The notes beneath the pieces were generated by a model. It worked only from the letters and a program-made list of their open reading frames with translations. It ran no database searches and had not been told where the DNA came from. Shown piece by piece: positions 1-13,000 of a stretch of 64,000 nt of DNA. Origin of the DNA: Balanoglossus misakiensis (Eukaryota; Animalia; Hemichordata); NCBI GenBank assembly GCA_040954595.2, contig CM082576.2, positions 19,639,028 to 19,703,027 of the forward strand. The letters are read 5' to 3'. The position numbers and the translations under genes are program-made. Numbering within the stretch: the stretch's first letter is position 1; each line of letters opens with the position of its first letter.

Positions 1-483
1 TTGGTTCGCCTGTAATTAGGTATGTGCATAATTAATGAGGTCAGCAGAGGTCAAAGGGGTCATGAAAAGTAGCAAAATATTTTGATCACACACTAATCCA
101 CATTCATCAAAAACCAAACCTCTAGCCCTATAGGTTAGCCTGGAATTAGATATGCAGAAATAATAACGCGTGATAATTAGGTCAAAGGTCATGTGAAAAA
201 TCGCCAAAAAATTGTTATATATTTTAGTCACATGACGATTGATATCCATAAAAAGAATTTGTATGCTATCAATTTTTGGACTAGAAAAAGGAATTTCAAT
301 TTTTCTCTGTTTTTTACAAAATCCAATATGGCCGCCATAATCTTCGACCAATCACAATGCTCTTTGCAAACTTGATAGACATCAGTGTAGTGACCATACT
401 CCCCGAATCTTGCGACTCAGTCATCGCTCGTTCTGGAGAAGAAGATTTTTGGAGTTTAACTATGGTTTTACAAAAAACAATAA

Positions 484-2500
484 ACCTGCTGTACCTCCGC
501 ATGTCTCCACAAGAGCTAGGAGCTCAAAATCGGTCGGACGCAGACCAGCGGTCTGTCAGGTGTAGTAACCGTAACACCAATAAAGGTAGGTTTTCATTGA
601 TTCTAATAGGTCTCCGTTCATCAACATTTCAAATATTCTCCATAATCCAGTAGTTGCCACTGTACTTGAATGAAATATTTCCTTTCAAACTTCCAAATGG
701 TAACCGAATCTCAAATCGCAAATCTTTCCATTTTAATAACGAAGTCGGATGCCGAAATTACCAACTCACTTTTTCTATCGGACTCCATCATTCTAATACT
801 TTACTTCAATGTTCAAAAATTGTGTAAAACAATATCCACTCTCAATCTATATTTCAGGTTTAACGGCGTAATGGCATCCCCGGCCTTTGCTCTATCATAG
901 AGGCAAATGGTATTATCTCTTCCAGTGGAAAAGTTGCGGAGCTGTACGTATTCTCCCTTCTATAATCTGTTCAGCCACTTCGGATTTTCTTTCCAGAATT
1001 TAAGTTCCAGAACGTTGCCATCGTGCTGCATACAAGGCACGCTAAACAGTTTCCCGTTGGCGGAATTCCGGATCTCGACATCCTCCATGACGCGCAATTT
1101 CACAGCCATGCCTTGGCTGGTTGCAGATGATGGAGCTAAGGTACGTAACAATCGCACCCCGAAACGCCTGGGCCCTTTTTTGTGTGTAGTCATTGTGGGT
1201 ATGTTAACCTCCCATGTCCTTCATTTTTAGAAATTTAGTATACAAAACTGGATGACCGATTATGTTTTAGAGACCTTTCCCGAATCCACCTGAAGCCCAG
1301 TCGGAATGTCTTGGGATGTAACCTAAATTCAATATGGCCGCCTCCATGCGTTCACTTGCATTTAAAAAAAATAGGTTGATTTTATCGTCGATTAGCGGTG
1401 TTTATTCTCAGTATCAATTTAAACGCGGCACTCGCTCACAAGTCATATTCTAGAAAGAAAGAAAAAATGATAGTTTCGAGTACAGATTACATGTATTTTA
1501 AAACGAGGTTTGGTAACAATGGTATCACTACTAAATGACTTACAATCGATGTTTTTAATTGTCTTTGCACCACAGTATGAATCCGGTGATGGTAAATCGC
1601 ATTCAACTTAGAAGGCATGGAGAAAGCGCAACTGATGGTAACTGGGATGCCAAACTGAAACTTTTGGGAGAGAAAACCTTGCCATGTACGGACGTGGGTG
1701 TCACAGTTAAACTTGGGTTAAATACTACAGCGACAACCGAAGTCCCGTTGAGATATGATATGTGGTAGTGCATGTCCACATGAGTGCCGTGTACTAGCCT
1801 CTCTCTCTGTAAATCCATCCAGGCTACTGCTTTCTGTACATTGGAGAGAAATGAGAACAAGATGGTTAAATCATATTTTGTATAAGTTGGTGTTGACGAA
1901 AATAAGATGCATGTGAATTGTAGGACTGAAATGTTTCTGTAATGAATACTAAATTAAAAGTTCACAACTTGCATGCAGATAGTAAGTGCTGGGGAAGTTG
2001 CAGGGTGGAGATTGCTTTGGTTTAGTTAAGTTACTCAATCTTTGTGACTGTTGCATTTCTTGATTGATAGAGTAGTGTACATGCATTGGCAGGTTTTCTA
2101 ATATGGCCTCCTCTGTACCCAAGGTCTGGCATAAGGTGGGACACTGTAAGTATTTGCCGTCTGACACAGAAGATGCCACTTCTAGAAAAAAATAAAAAGG
2201 ACAGAATGTGATTGGTAAGACACAGAGACGTGAACATGTACACAAAATGATAGGAAATTGGTGGAAGCAAGTACTGCAGTTAATACTTACTCATCTATGT
2301 CTATTCCCTCAAATATCCCTTCTACCATATCATCACCATTTGGTTCTTTTAACACCTTAGGGAAAAATTGAGAGTTACATTAGAAGCACCGACAATAGGA
2401 GGGGGGGGGGGGGGTAAGGTTTGCAGAGAACAGGTTTTTTTTATGAACATTTGTGAAAATCAGAAATTAGTGACATGTAGGATTTCAATTTTATGATGTA
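484..2500 (+). pseudogene. Copy 1 of spliced tandem OB-fold (RPA/SSB-like) gene, scrambled by two internal inversions
   Basis: 484-884 matches 24140-24535 directly. Coding exon 1 is present inverted (about 885-1137). Degenerate exon 3 at about 1577-1747 (TDGNWDAKLKLLGEK..LNTTATTEV). Exons 4 (2355-2291) and 5 (2181-2031) lie on the minus strand in a second inverted block, with AG/GTAAGT sites and matching phase. Confidence 0.7.
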
Positions 2501-3546
2501 ACATTGTTTTCTTTTCAACATCAGTTCTCTGAGTAAAAAGATGGCCATGTAAATTTTCTCTAAGTTTGTTAGAGAAATAAAGTACATGTACAACTTTAGT
2601 GTTTCACTAATTGAGTTTCAGTGTTCTTGTATTGTCTCCTTTGCCCCATGTCAACCTCAAAGTAAATATCAAATTTGCCATTTTTGACTTATTTGTCCTT
2701 GTAGTGGGCCACATAGCATTTTAGTGCAACTTATGAAAATCTGAAGAACCAAATGCCTAATTTACCCACTCTGCACAGATTTATGTCAATGGTACTGACT
2801 TGATGATCGGTATAGCGCCCTCTGTGGTAGGGGGTGGTGGGTTAACCTTGCCTTTATATGTTTATCCCTGTCCGGTTCCATTCCAATTGTATCTATGGTA
2901 ACCTCATTATCAGCAGTAAATGCCACAATTGTAAAACAGCAATAATTTTAGTATCAAGCACTCTGTGGAATTAAATATACCCTGTGTATTCTTTGTTTCC
3001 CATTAGTAATCATGCAACTTTGCCATTTTGGGCCTTCTGATTTGCTGTATGTGCTCACTAGTCCTTCCCAACGTCTCTGAATTAGAAGGCCATTGTCATT
3101 TGTATAGTGTAGACACATTTCATTTTAGTACAACTGATGAAAGTCTCGTGAAAAACCAAATGCTTAATTTACCCACTGTGCAAAGATTATCTGAATGATA
3201 TTGTGTTGATCGTCATATAGTATAGCGCCCTCTGCGATAGTATTTGGATGATTGTGCCAGGGAGAAGGGGGTACTGAGGGAGCAGATGCAGATGACAGCA
3301 AGGCATATCCACTGAACAATGAGACGGTACGTGTTGTCAGCATTCAGGGAGAGTAAAAAGGGGAGCGCAAGAGACCAGGATGAAGAGACGAGCAGTATTG
3401 CATCATCTGTGGAAATAAATGCCAAGAGAAGGTAAATGTGGAAGACAAGCACTTAGGGGTTATAAACAAATGTTTTTTTGTGGACAGTTTTAGTATCAAG
3501 CATTGTGGAATTAAATATACACAGTGTGTGTTGTGTGTTAGATAGG

Positions 3547-3822
3547 TACATACATACATACATACATACATACATACATACATACATACAGACATACATA
3601 CATACATATATACATACATACATACATACATACATACATACATACATACATACATACATACATACATACATACATACATACATACATACATACATACATA
3701 CATACATACATGCATGCATGCATGCATGCATGCATGCATGCATACATACATACATACATACATGCATGCATGCATGCATGCATGCATGCATACATACATA
3801 CATACATACATACATACATACA
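3547..3822. repeat. (CATA)n/(CATG)n compound microsatellite
   Basis: Directly visible; explains the MYVC/IHTY ORFs. Confidence 0.99.
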
Positions 3823-3857
3823 TGGAAAACACACAGCAAATGGACTCCTTTTTTATC

Positions 3858-3930
3858 ATCCTCACCAGGAATCGAACCAGGATCCCTTATCACAAAGTGA
3901 CAAGTGCGTTAACCATTACACCATGAGGAT
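3858..3930 (-). ncRNA. tRNA-like element (tRNA-Gln-like pseudogene or SINE head)
   Basis: ATCCTCA/TGAGGAT acceptor stem, A-box TGGTGTAATGG, B-box GGTTCGATTCC. Anticodon arm is non-canonical (CTTGTCAC-TTT-GTGATAAG). No adjacent oligo-T terminator. Confidence 0.7.
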
Positions 3931-4163
3931 TGTTTTATCTCCACTAACTGCCAACACACTGTCCAATTGCACATTCACTCACTGACATATTCAACACACC
4001 AGATTTTTTATTTCAATAAAAATTCACAAATGCATGTGAGAAATAACAGAGAGTCAGAAATTGGCATCCACAGGAGTTACTGCATTGCTATATGGTATTA
4101 TAGAGCAGCCAATGCAGTCTAACACTTTTATTACCTTATTAAAGGCAGAAAGTCTCTTTGCTG

Positions 4164-4440
4164 CCCTTTTTTAATAATTATGTGTGATACAAGAGACTGT
4201 TAATGTGGATATATAGTGAATCAACGTTCGACCACACACAGCTTCCATCCCGTTTGTAGGATATGACAGTAAAAACTCGCCCAAAATGAATAAATGGTAA
4301 AGACCAATTATTCATTTTGGCAAGATTTTTCACTCTCGTGTCTACAAGCAGTGTGTGTTGTTGAATGTTGATTCACTATATATCCACATGTACATTAACA
4401 TAAATGGTGTCTTGCATCAAACATAATTAATGGAAAAGGG
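4164..4440. mobile_element. Foldback / MITE-like imperfect palindrome of about 277 bp
   Basis: Arms pair, e.g. ATGTGGATATATAGTGAATCAAC vs GTTGATTCACTATATATCCACAT and CAAAATGAATAA vs TTATTCATTTTG. Confidence 0.7.
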
Positions 4441-5664
4441 TCCCTTTAATTTATATACTTATCAAATTGTAAGCTAACCAATATGGTTAGAAGTCCGATT
4501 TGCTTGGACGTGAACCAATATGATCTATCAAAATTTTCTGGTAAAAGTTTGAGTAACTATAACTTGTGCTTTCACCTTTTTTCATCATGTTGCTTGGGCC
4601 CTGACAATGCTGCTTTATAGCTACTACAGGATTAGATTACTTCCATTTGGCAGTAGCATATAAGTGTAATGGTGTAGAAAGTTTATCCTGTTTACTGAAA
4701 GAGGAATTGCAAGAGAAACCATGTGTTATAAAAAAAAACTAGAAGATATTAAATAGCCTTAGTAAACATTTCCCAGAAACATTTCAATGAACAGTTACCA
4801 TAATGTACTTTACATTAGAGTCAGAGGTGACTAAAAGGCTAATATTGTCATTTGTGAAATGTACACAATTGTATTTATATTGTCGGTGAACTGTTTAGCT
4901 GTGTTGTCAGTTATGTTGAGCTTATTAGATTGGGTGATTGTCTTATTGGGTGAGTGGTGTCACTGTCTGTCACTTTTCTTTACTGAAACCACGGGGCCAA
5001 TTACTTTGAAATTTAGTATGCAGGTTCCTAGGGTGAAGTTGGTAGAGTTTATGTAAATTGTGGTGAAATGTGTAATTTTTGATCAATTTTAGTTGTGTTT
5101 AGTTAAATTCTTTGTACAATTACTTTGCAATTTAGTGTGTAGGTCCTTGGGGTTGATTTTACTGGAATTTGCTCAATTTGTGACAGAATGTGGAATATGT
5201 TATTTCGGAAGCAATTGCTTGTTTGGTCTTTTTTATTTCATAAACCAGATACTGTGATTGTTTTTCTGTTCTTTTTTGTATGTGTGTCTATTTTCAGAAT
5301 TGAAATAAAATAATATAAGGCTATATAAAATAAATTGGTGTTTTATGCTTTTTGTTATTGATATTGTTTGTATGGTTGATATCAGATATCATATGTCTTA
5401 TAGTGAGAAAGAAACCACTACACAATCCCTAGTAGTATTTGTGGTAATATATCTGTTTTGAGAATATAGCCAATTAGTATATTGTAGTCTTTGTACAACT
5501 TTTCTTCAAAATGTGTTATATGAACAAATAAAATATGGCAAGAAGATGAATTGTTTCGAAGAATGAATCATAATAAACAGTAGAATTTGGTCAATTTTTG
5601 TTCAGGCATAAAGAAATAGCTTGTACATGAGCTTGCACGACGGTATTTGGTCAATACAGGGCGC

Positions 5665-5875
5665 ATGCATGTATGTATGTATGTATGTATGTATGTATGT
5701 ATGTATGTATGTATGTATGTATGCATGTATGTATGTATGTATGCATGCATGTATGTATGTATGTATGTATGTATGTATGTATGTATGTATGTATGTATGT
5801 ATGTATGTATGTATGTATGTATGTATGTATGTATGTATGTACCTATCTAACACACAACACACACTGTGTATATTT
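5665..5875. repeat. (ATGT)n microsatellite plus unique flank, inverted copy of the 3512-3822 region
   Basis: Flank ACCTATCTAACACACAACACACACTGTGTATATTT is the reverse complement of about 3513-3548. Confidence 0.95.
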
Positions 5876-8288
5876 GTTGGGCATTTTGGTTTTCTACCAC
5901 ATATCTCAGTAGTTTCCATGCCATAGTGACTCTTCAGTTTTACATAATGATATCCAATATAACCCAATCTACTATTAATGCGATTTTTTTTTTCATTTTG
6001 ATTGTGGAAATGGTTAAAAATGAAAAACATCTGAATTTGTACTTTAATAAATATAAGCTATATAGTATTTTAAAATGGTCATAAATTTATGTTAACATGG
6101 CAAAACATGTTTTAGTGTTTATGTATACTTGTTTAATATAGAGAAATAATTGTACAAATAAAATGACAACTTACTTTTGCTTTTAAAAATAATTAAAAAT
6201 GGTAATGTTTCTTGAGATATACCAGGGTTTCTAGAATATAGAGGGCGCTGGCACGGGAACATTTGATGGTTGTCCCCAATACAACATTCTGGTATCATGT
6301 TTTATCATCTGTGGACATTTGGCAGCGATATCCAACAGGATGTGCATAAAATCCCGAGAAGGTCTTCTCGTTGTATTGCTTCTTGAGATATTGAAACTGT
6401 CTTGAATCCCAACGCGAATGTGATGGTGATGCGTATGTTGTTGCACGTAGTCACATCCGAAAACGAATCAAGTGCTCTTGTTGTTCAGCAGCTGAATATA
6501 GGTTAGTGGGATATGTGTATATTCTCGTGGTTATTTTTAATGAGTATAAATGACAGAATCGGTGGTTTGAACGTGTAAGAGTTGATGGTATTGGTTATGT
6601 AGTTGTGTTTTATCTAATGGTAGTGTGATTTTAATTGTGTATGAGGCGATGGCAGTTTTGTCAGGCTTTTTTTATTTTTGTGTCGAGCGACATCCAATAT
6701 GGCGGTTGTCGTTATATACTGAAAGGGTTTCGTTTGTATGCATGTTTTGGCAAATTGTATATATGTTAAGATGGTGAAGTTTGCTTGAAGGAATAGAAAC
6801 ATCAGAGGCTGGGTACATCGGAGTTTCTATTTCATTCCATACAAGTTGAAATTAAGCTTATTTTTGGAGTGTATACAGGTACATATGATTATTTAGAAAC
6901 GGTTTTAGGCAAGTGAATCTGCTGAATTCGGGCGATCGGTCTTGTATCGTGTGTATGAAACGTACAAGCAGTGGTAGGATATTATTTTGGGATGTGTACT
7001 TCAATAGTTTCCATGTCTCTTATATGTATTTGTCAAAAAATAAACAGTAGTAAAAATGGATTGTATTTTCCATTATTTTTTCTGTTAATATTGTATGTTT
7101 ACATGACCAAAAGCCTTAAGGTTTTCATTGGAATTTATATCAGGGTAATCAATTTGTTTATGATAATTATTTGCTTCAAATATGGAACAATCTGTGTGAG
7201 TACATAACAGAAACATTGCTAGATAATTTGACATTTGAATTGTTCGTAAGAATGTGAGGACAAGCATAGAATTGGCCAAATTATGCTGGTGACCACTCTG
7301 TTTAGTGTGTATGCTTTCTAGTCGTGACAGGCATGTTAAAAACATAGACAATGAAATCTGGTTGGAGCATGAAAAGTAGAGTTGACTTGTTAACATATTT
7401 TGATGCCATGAAACCATTTTGTGGACAGGACAATTTATGTGACCAAGAATTGATTTTCTGAATATCACAAGGTTGATAGTGAATTCATTGTAATTTGTTG
7501 TCCTGTTTAAGTAGTGGGGTTATTGTAAAAAATCATCATTCGCTATCTTGTACTTGGAGTGATGTCATCTCGACATTGATACATTATGGCTATTGAGAGG
7601 TGTGTGTTATGCAGGCAAGTGTATATCTTGATGTACTTGTTTAAATACACAATTATACTTAATGATTTAATTTAAAAGTTTTGTTTATTTTCTTGACAGT
7701 TTTGGCTACCAAAGAGTTCTCAAGGTGAGTGTTGGTGTACATCAGTGCAAAGTATCATGTACAAACTAAGAGATCAACACACTCAAATGTGTATTGTGTC
7801 GTGTACGAATTAGTTTCGTAAATCATTTGTAGATAACGTGTTTAGTTTTGTGGTAAGTGACACTGAGGTTTCAGATCGGATAGGATGATTGTCCAGTGCC
7901 ATGCATTGTGTGTTAACATGTGAAAGCACTAGCCTAATTTGTTTGAAATTTGGTATTCAGGGATGATGTAAGAAAAAATAATTTTAACAGTTCATAGAAT
8001 CAGTGTTTATTAATACTTCAAAAAGGTATGTGACTTGAATGTGTGCAGTACATCATTGTGCTATGTGGTGTTAACACCATTGAATAGTGCCATTACTTAC
8101 AGCAATCTTACAGCAATGGCTTCAGTAAAACATTGAGTATGATTTGTGTGATTCCTGATACCCCTGTCTTGTCATTTGTGATGTTTTACTGTGTACTTTT
8201 TGAAATAAAGAAACTGGTGTGTTAGTTGAATATGTCAGTGAGTGAATGTGCAATTGGACAGTGTGTTGGCAGTTAGTGGAGATAAAAA

Positions 8289-8361
8289 ATCCTCATGGTG
8301 TAATGGTTAACACACTTGTCACTTTGTGATAAGAGATCCAGGTTCGATTCCTGGTGGGGAT
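8289..8361 (+). ncRNA. tRNA-like element, second (inverted) copy
   Basis: Cloverleaf with ATCCTCA/TGGGGAT, GTGT/ACAC D-stem and CCAGG-TTCGATT-CCTGG T-arm; same atypical anticodon arm as 3858-3930. Confidence 0.7.
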
Positions 8362-8520
8362 GATGAAAAAAAGAGTCCATTAGCTGTGTGTTTGAGTATG
8401 AGTGTAATATATGTATGTACGTATTTATGCATGTATGTAGCCAGCAAACACACAAAACATATTGTGTATATTCAATTCCATACAGTGTTTGATAATAAAT
8501 ATGTTGCTGTTTTACAATTT

Positions 8521-9252
8521 GGCATTCACTGCTGATAATTAGGTTTCCATAGATACAAGCGGAATGCAATAGAAGAGGGATAACCATATAAATGTATAGA
8601 AAAGGTAGGTTACCCCTTCCCCTATCATCCAAATACTACCACAGAGGGTGCTATACTATATGACCATCAACTGAGTATCATTCAAATACTCTGTGCACAG
8701 TGGGTAAATACACATTTGTTTTTTTAGGAGACTTTCATCAGTTGCAGTAAAATACAACATGACTACACTATATACACCAATGAGAATGGCCATGTAATTC
8801 AGAGAGTGCTTGATATTAAAACTGTATCATAGTTGTGGCCTTTACTGCTGATAATTAGTTTACCATAGATACAAGCCCAATGCAACAGGACAGGGATAAA
8901 CATATGCAAAGACAAGATTAAACCCCACCTCCATAATCAAAATACTACCGCAGAGGGCGCTATACTATATGACCATCAACTGAGTATCATTCAAATACTC
9001 TGTGCACAGTGGGTAAAGACACATTTGTTTTTTTAGGAGACTTTCATCAGTTGCAGTAAAATACAACGTGACTACACTATATACACCGATGAGAATGGCC
9101 GTGTAATTCAGAGAGTGCTTGATATTAAAACTGTTTCATAGTTGTGGCCTTTACTGCTGATAATAGGTTACCATAGATACAAGCCCAATGCAACAGGACA
9201 GGGATAAACATATGCAAAGGCAAGATTAAACCCCACCTCTGTAATCAAAATA
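8521..9252 (+). repeat. 309-bp tandem array, left part
   Basis: AAATACTACC anchor at 8631 and 8940 (309 apart); interrupted by the LINE tail at 9253. Confidence 0.95.
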
Positions 9253-9579
9253 ATAATAATAATAATAATAATTTATTTGTATAGTGTCAGTATCCACAAA
9301 AATGTGATCAGTGACGCTTAAAGCAAAAGTACAATACAACAAATGGCTAAAAAACAGATTTAAAAAGTAAAGTTTTAACATTTGATTTAAAAACAGATAA
9401 GTCTGGTGCCTGGCGAATGGTAAGTGGAAGATTATTCCAAAGAATTGGAGCAGCAACAGTAAAAGCACGATCACCATAACTCTTGGTGCGTGATCGAACA
9501 AGGCAGAGTTTGAACTGATCAGCTGACCTTAAATTGCGACACGGAACATATAGATTAGTCATGCTAGAAAGATAGATTG

Positions 9580-9824
9580 CGCCAGTTGGGATGCAAGCCC
9601 AATTATCGATGAGTCGGAATCACAACCAGACACTTGGAAGTTGAGAACAGTAACCAGTTTAATCGATACACTTCGTCGATCGATATATAAACATACATAG
9701 AGCAATGGCGGTCCAGCGGGGAGAGAGAGGACCGAGCATGGGCAAAAGGAACAAAAGTATAAACTAGTAACTACGAGTGAGGGCGTGCTACCGAACGCAC
9801 TCTAGCAACACTAATGGAATGGCG
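9580..9824 (-). repeat. 3' LTR of Troyka-like element
   Basis: Direct repeat of 15164-15408; preceded on the minus strand by purine-rich AAGAGAAGGTGG (PPT-like). Confidence 0.95.
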
Positions 9825-10051
9825 TAGCCACCTTCTCTTACATCCACTTCTCTTTCTGTCCATCGAGCAGGAAAAAAATTTGACACAGGAAATGTGAGCA
9901 TAAAATGCAAAGAAAAACATGAACATGCATGTTGACTGAGTCCTACAAAAGTCAAAAGCTGCAATGAAAGTGAGAACATGAAAGTCAATAAAAATAAATG
10001 GGAGTACTGGGGGCAACACTGTTCAGCACAAAAATATAAAGGTCTGAAACT

Positions 10052-13000
10052 CTAAAAGTTCACTTCATAGTCATCAAAGCGGGTGGGACGACGGCGAGCG
10101 CGGGTGGATTTTCTTGTACCCTCAGTGGTGAGAGGTTGATCTGGTCGACTATCCTCAGCAGGAGCTGACATGTCAGTGGTTTCCATGGGGCTGCACACTG
10201 TGGGTTGGATATCACTGGTACTGGTGTCGCATTTGGTAGTAGTAGTATCGCAGACACCAGGTGTGGTACTTTGTATGTGATCTGACTTCCTGGGCGATGC
10301 GAGTTCCGAAGGAATGCTTGGGGGTTCAGGCACTGCGGTTGGTGGCCGACACGGTGTATCGTCATCAGATGAGTGCTCCTCGTTCGCTCCCTTCATGGGT
10401 ATTGAGTGATCGGTCGCTGAAAATGGCACTAAGTAGCATTCTGACTGCTTGACGCGATACGAAGTCTTACGGAGTTGGTTTCCGCGGAACTTACGGATAC
10501 AACACCATGGCGGGTCGCTCTGGATGACCAAGTAGCGGTCTCGAGAACGGGATTTGTTGCGGTCTGAGTGTAGGTATACCAGGTCCCCAACTTCTAGCGA
10601 CGGGGCTATTGGCATGCGTCTACTGGGAGTTTTGGAGGTCTCACTGGAGCGATGGTTGGCCTTGCGGAGGGCGTGTTGTGCAAGAATCAGCTGTTGGTCA
10701 CTGATCGGTAACTGATCATGGGTAAACTGGTCTCTTTGAGTCCACATTTCACGGGAAGACAAACCTCTAGACCTGATGCGGGAGTTGACGTGTGAGAGGG
10801 CTATGGCCAGGGAGAGTGGTGTGATGGTAGAACACAGAGGGTCCTGGCGTAGGAGCTCGTCTTCAATTTCTTGAATAGCTCTATCTGCGACAGGGTTTTT
10901 GTTACGATTCTTGATGCGACCAATTTCAATGGTCAACCTGTGCTGACGAAGGAGGTCATCGTTGATGAGGGCTGCAAAGCCCGGAGCTGGGTCAGTACGG
11001 ATAACAGCGTGTGGACCATCTAAAGGTCGAAGTTCAATGCAAAGTCTCACGAGGGCAACACGTAGGGTATCATGGCGTTCGTCCTCAATAAGACAAGCTG
11101 ACGTGAATGATGTGACGCATTCGCGGAGTACTAGGACTAATTGACGCTAACGCTTGATTATATCAGCAGCGAAGGAAATGCCGATGACTTCAGGCGGATC
11201 TGTAGTTGACTGTGTGACTATGGTATTGGGAACCTTGGTGAGTGAGGCGCAATGGTGGCATGTAGAGGAGACATGCTCGATGGATTTGTCCAAGTCCAGG
11301 GCGTAGAAGTAGCGATGTGTCACTTGCTTCAGTTGGTGGCATGATGGGTGACCTAGACGAATGTGAATGGCAGTCAGAAAGCCATCCAAAACTTGTCGGG
11401 GAACTACGATGCGGTCACTAGGAGGGACAAAGGGATCCGTCCGGGAGACAACAAGCAACCCATCCTTGGCAATAGTTACGTTGTTCAGGTAGCGTTTTAC
11501 ATCCCTGATGTTGGTGAGCTTCTTTGATGGACGCGTTCCCTGAGTTAGGTGGGCGTGAGTACGACGCAAATCTGGACAGTCGGCTTGTATGCTGAGCCAA
11601 GTCGCCCTGTTGGTAAATGGTAGCTTTGCGTTACCGGAGATGACGTCCTGTACGGACAGGGATCTGACAACAGAATCTTCGGTACGTGCGACGAATGTGC
11701 AGATTTGGCAAGTGGGAGAGTCACAATCTGGGGCATTACGACTGGCGAAGTCTGATGGGATGTTTTCGCTGCCAGCAAGATGTCTCACAGAGGCCTGGTA
11801 CCGGCTCACGGTTGAGAGGAAGGTTGTTACTCGTGGGCTGGCGGAGAATTCGCCGCGGCACAACTTCTCATATGCTTGTACGCATGGTTTACTGTCTGTG
11901 AGTATACATGGCTTGTGATGAGACTGTATAATATAAGGGCTAAAATGCTTGGTGGCAACTGCAATGGATAGAGCCTCAACCTCGCAGGGGAGCCAAGTGA
12001 CCTGCCGACCACGAAGTTTGGCACTGAAGAATCCAGCAACGTGGAGTTTGTCATCTCGGGAGACATATAATGTAGCGCCAATTCCGTTGTACTTCACGGC
12101 ACCATCTGTGATGATCCAAAGTTGGTCGGATGGGCGTGGCAAAGTGATCGATCGGCTTGTGGAAAGTGCAGACTGGGCAGTGTGGAAAGCCTCACGGAGC
12201 TTGTCAGTCCACTCAATACGGTCGCTAGACTGTTTCCCAGCGGCGGCATCTTCTAACGCTGTGAGGAGAAATGCGCAGCCTGGAATTACTCTAGCTAAGA
12301 CCTTGTATGCACCTATGAAAGATCGAAGTCCACGAACATTCTCTGGTGTAGAGCATGAGGAAAGGGGTGCGATACGGTGTTTGCTGGCACTGATTGTTCC
12401 TTGGTGCCAAATCCATCCCAGGATCATGGTAGTAGCTGGGCATATAGCTGTTTTGGCGGCAGAAAGGCATAATGCGTTGGCATGTAATGCCTGTAGCAGA
12501 CGTTTCCAGTTGGTCTTGAGCTCATGTATGGAATTACCACCACAGAATAAGTCGTCAGCTAGTTTAGCTACAACACCATCTGCAAGGAGATCACCTAGGA
12601 CGCGACACATGAGTTCTTCGAGGGCAGTTTCAGAACCGGGCATGCCCATAGCACATCGTGTGTAGACGCGTATGCCTCGGAACGGAGTAGCTACGCCGCA
12701 ATATTTCAGGGACGTCCTTGAAAGCGGTATTTGGTAGAAGGCCTTGGTGAGGTCTGTGGTAATTATGTATTTCCACTGCGCGATGTGGCGAAGAGTACCA
12801 TCCACATCTGGTAATACAGACGGCTGGGGTTTGCTATAGCGACCCACGTCAGCGAAGGCAGTGACTAGTCTAGAGCCACCGTTGGCTTTTTTTACCAGGA
12901 ATGAGGTGTTTATGTATTCGACGCTAACACTCAGGTCTTCTGGTCGGGCGAATACACCCATTTCTTCCAACTCATCGAACTTGGCCTGTAGTTCCAACAG

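Noticed and set aside
3344-6030. MYVC/IHTY-repeat ORFs (also near 52650-52940 and 59590-59880)
   Set aside because: Translations of tetranucleotide microsatellites.
11949-12665. 238-aa plus-strand ORF and other antisense ORFs within the retroelements
   Set aside because: Shadow frames of pol with no independent motifs.
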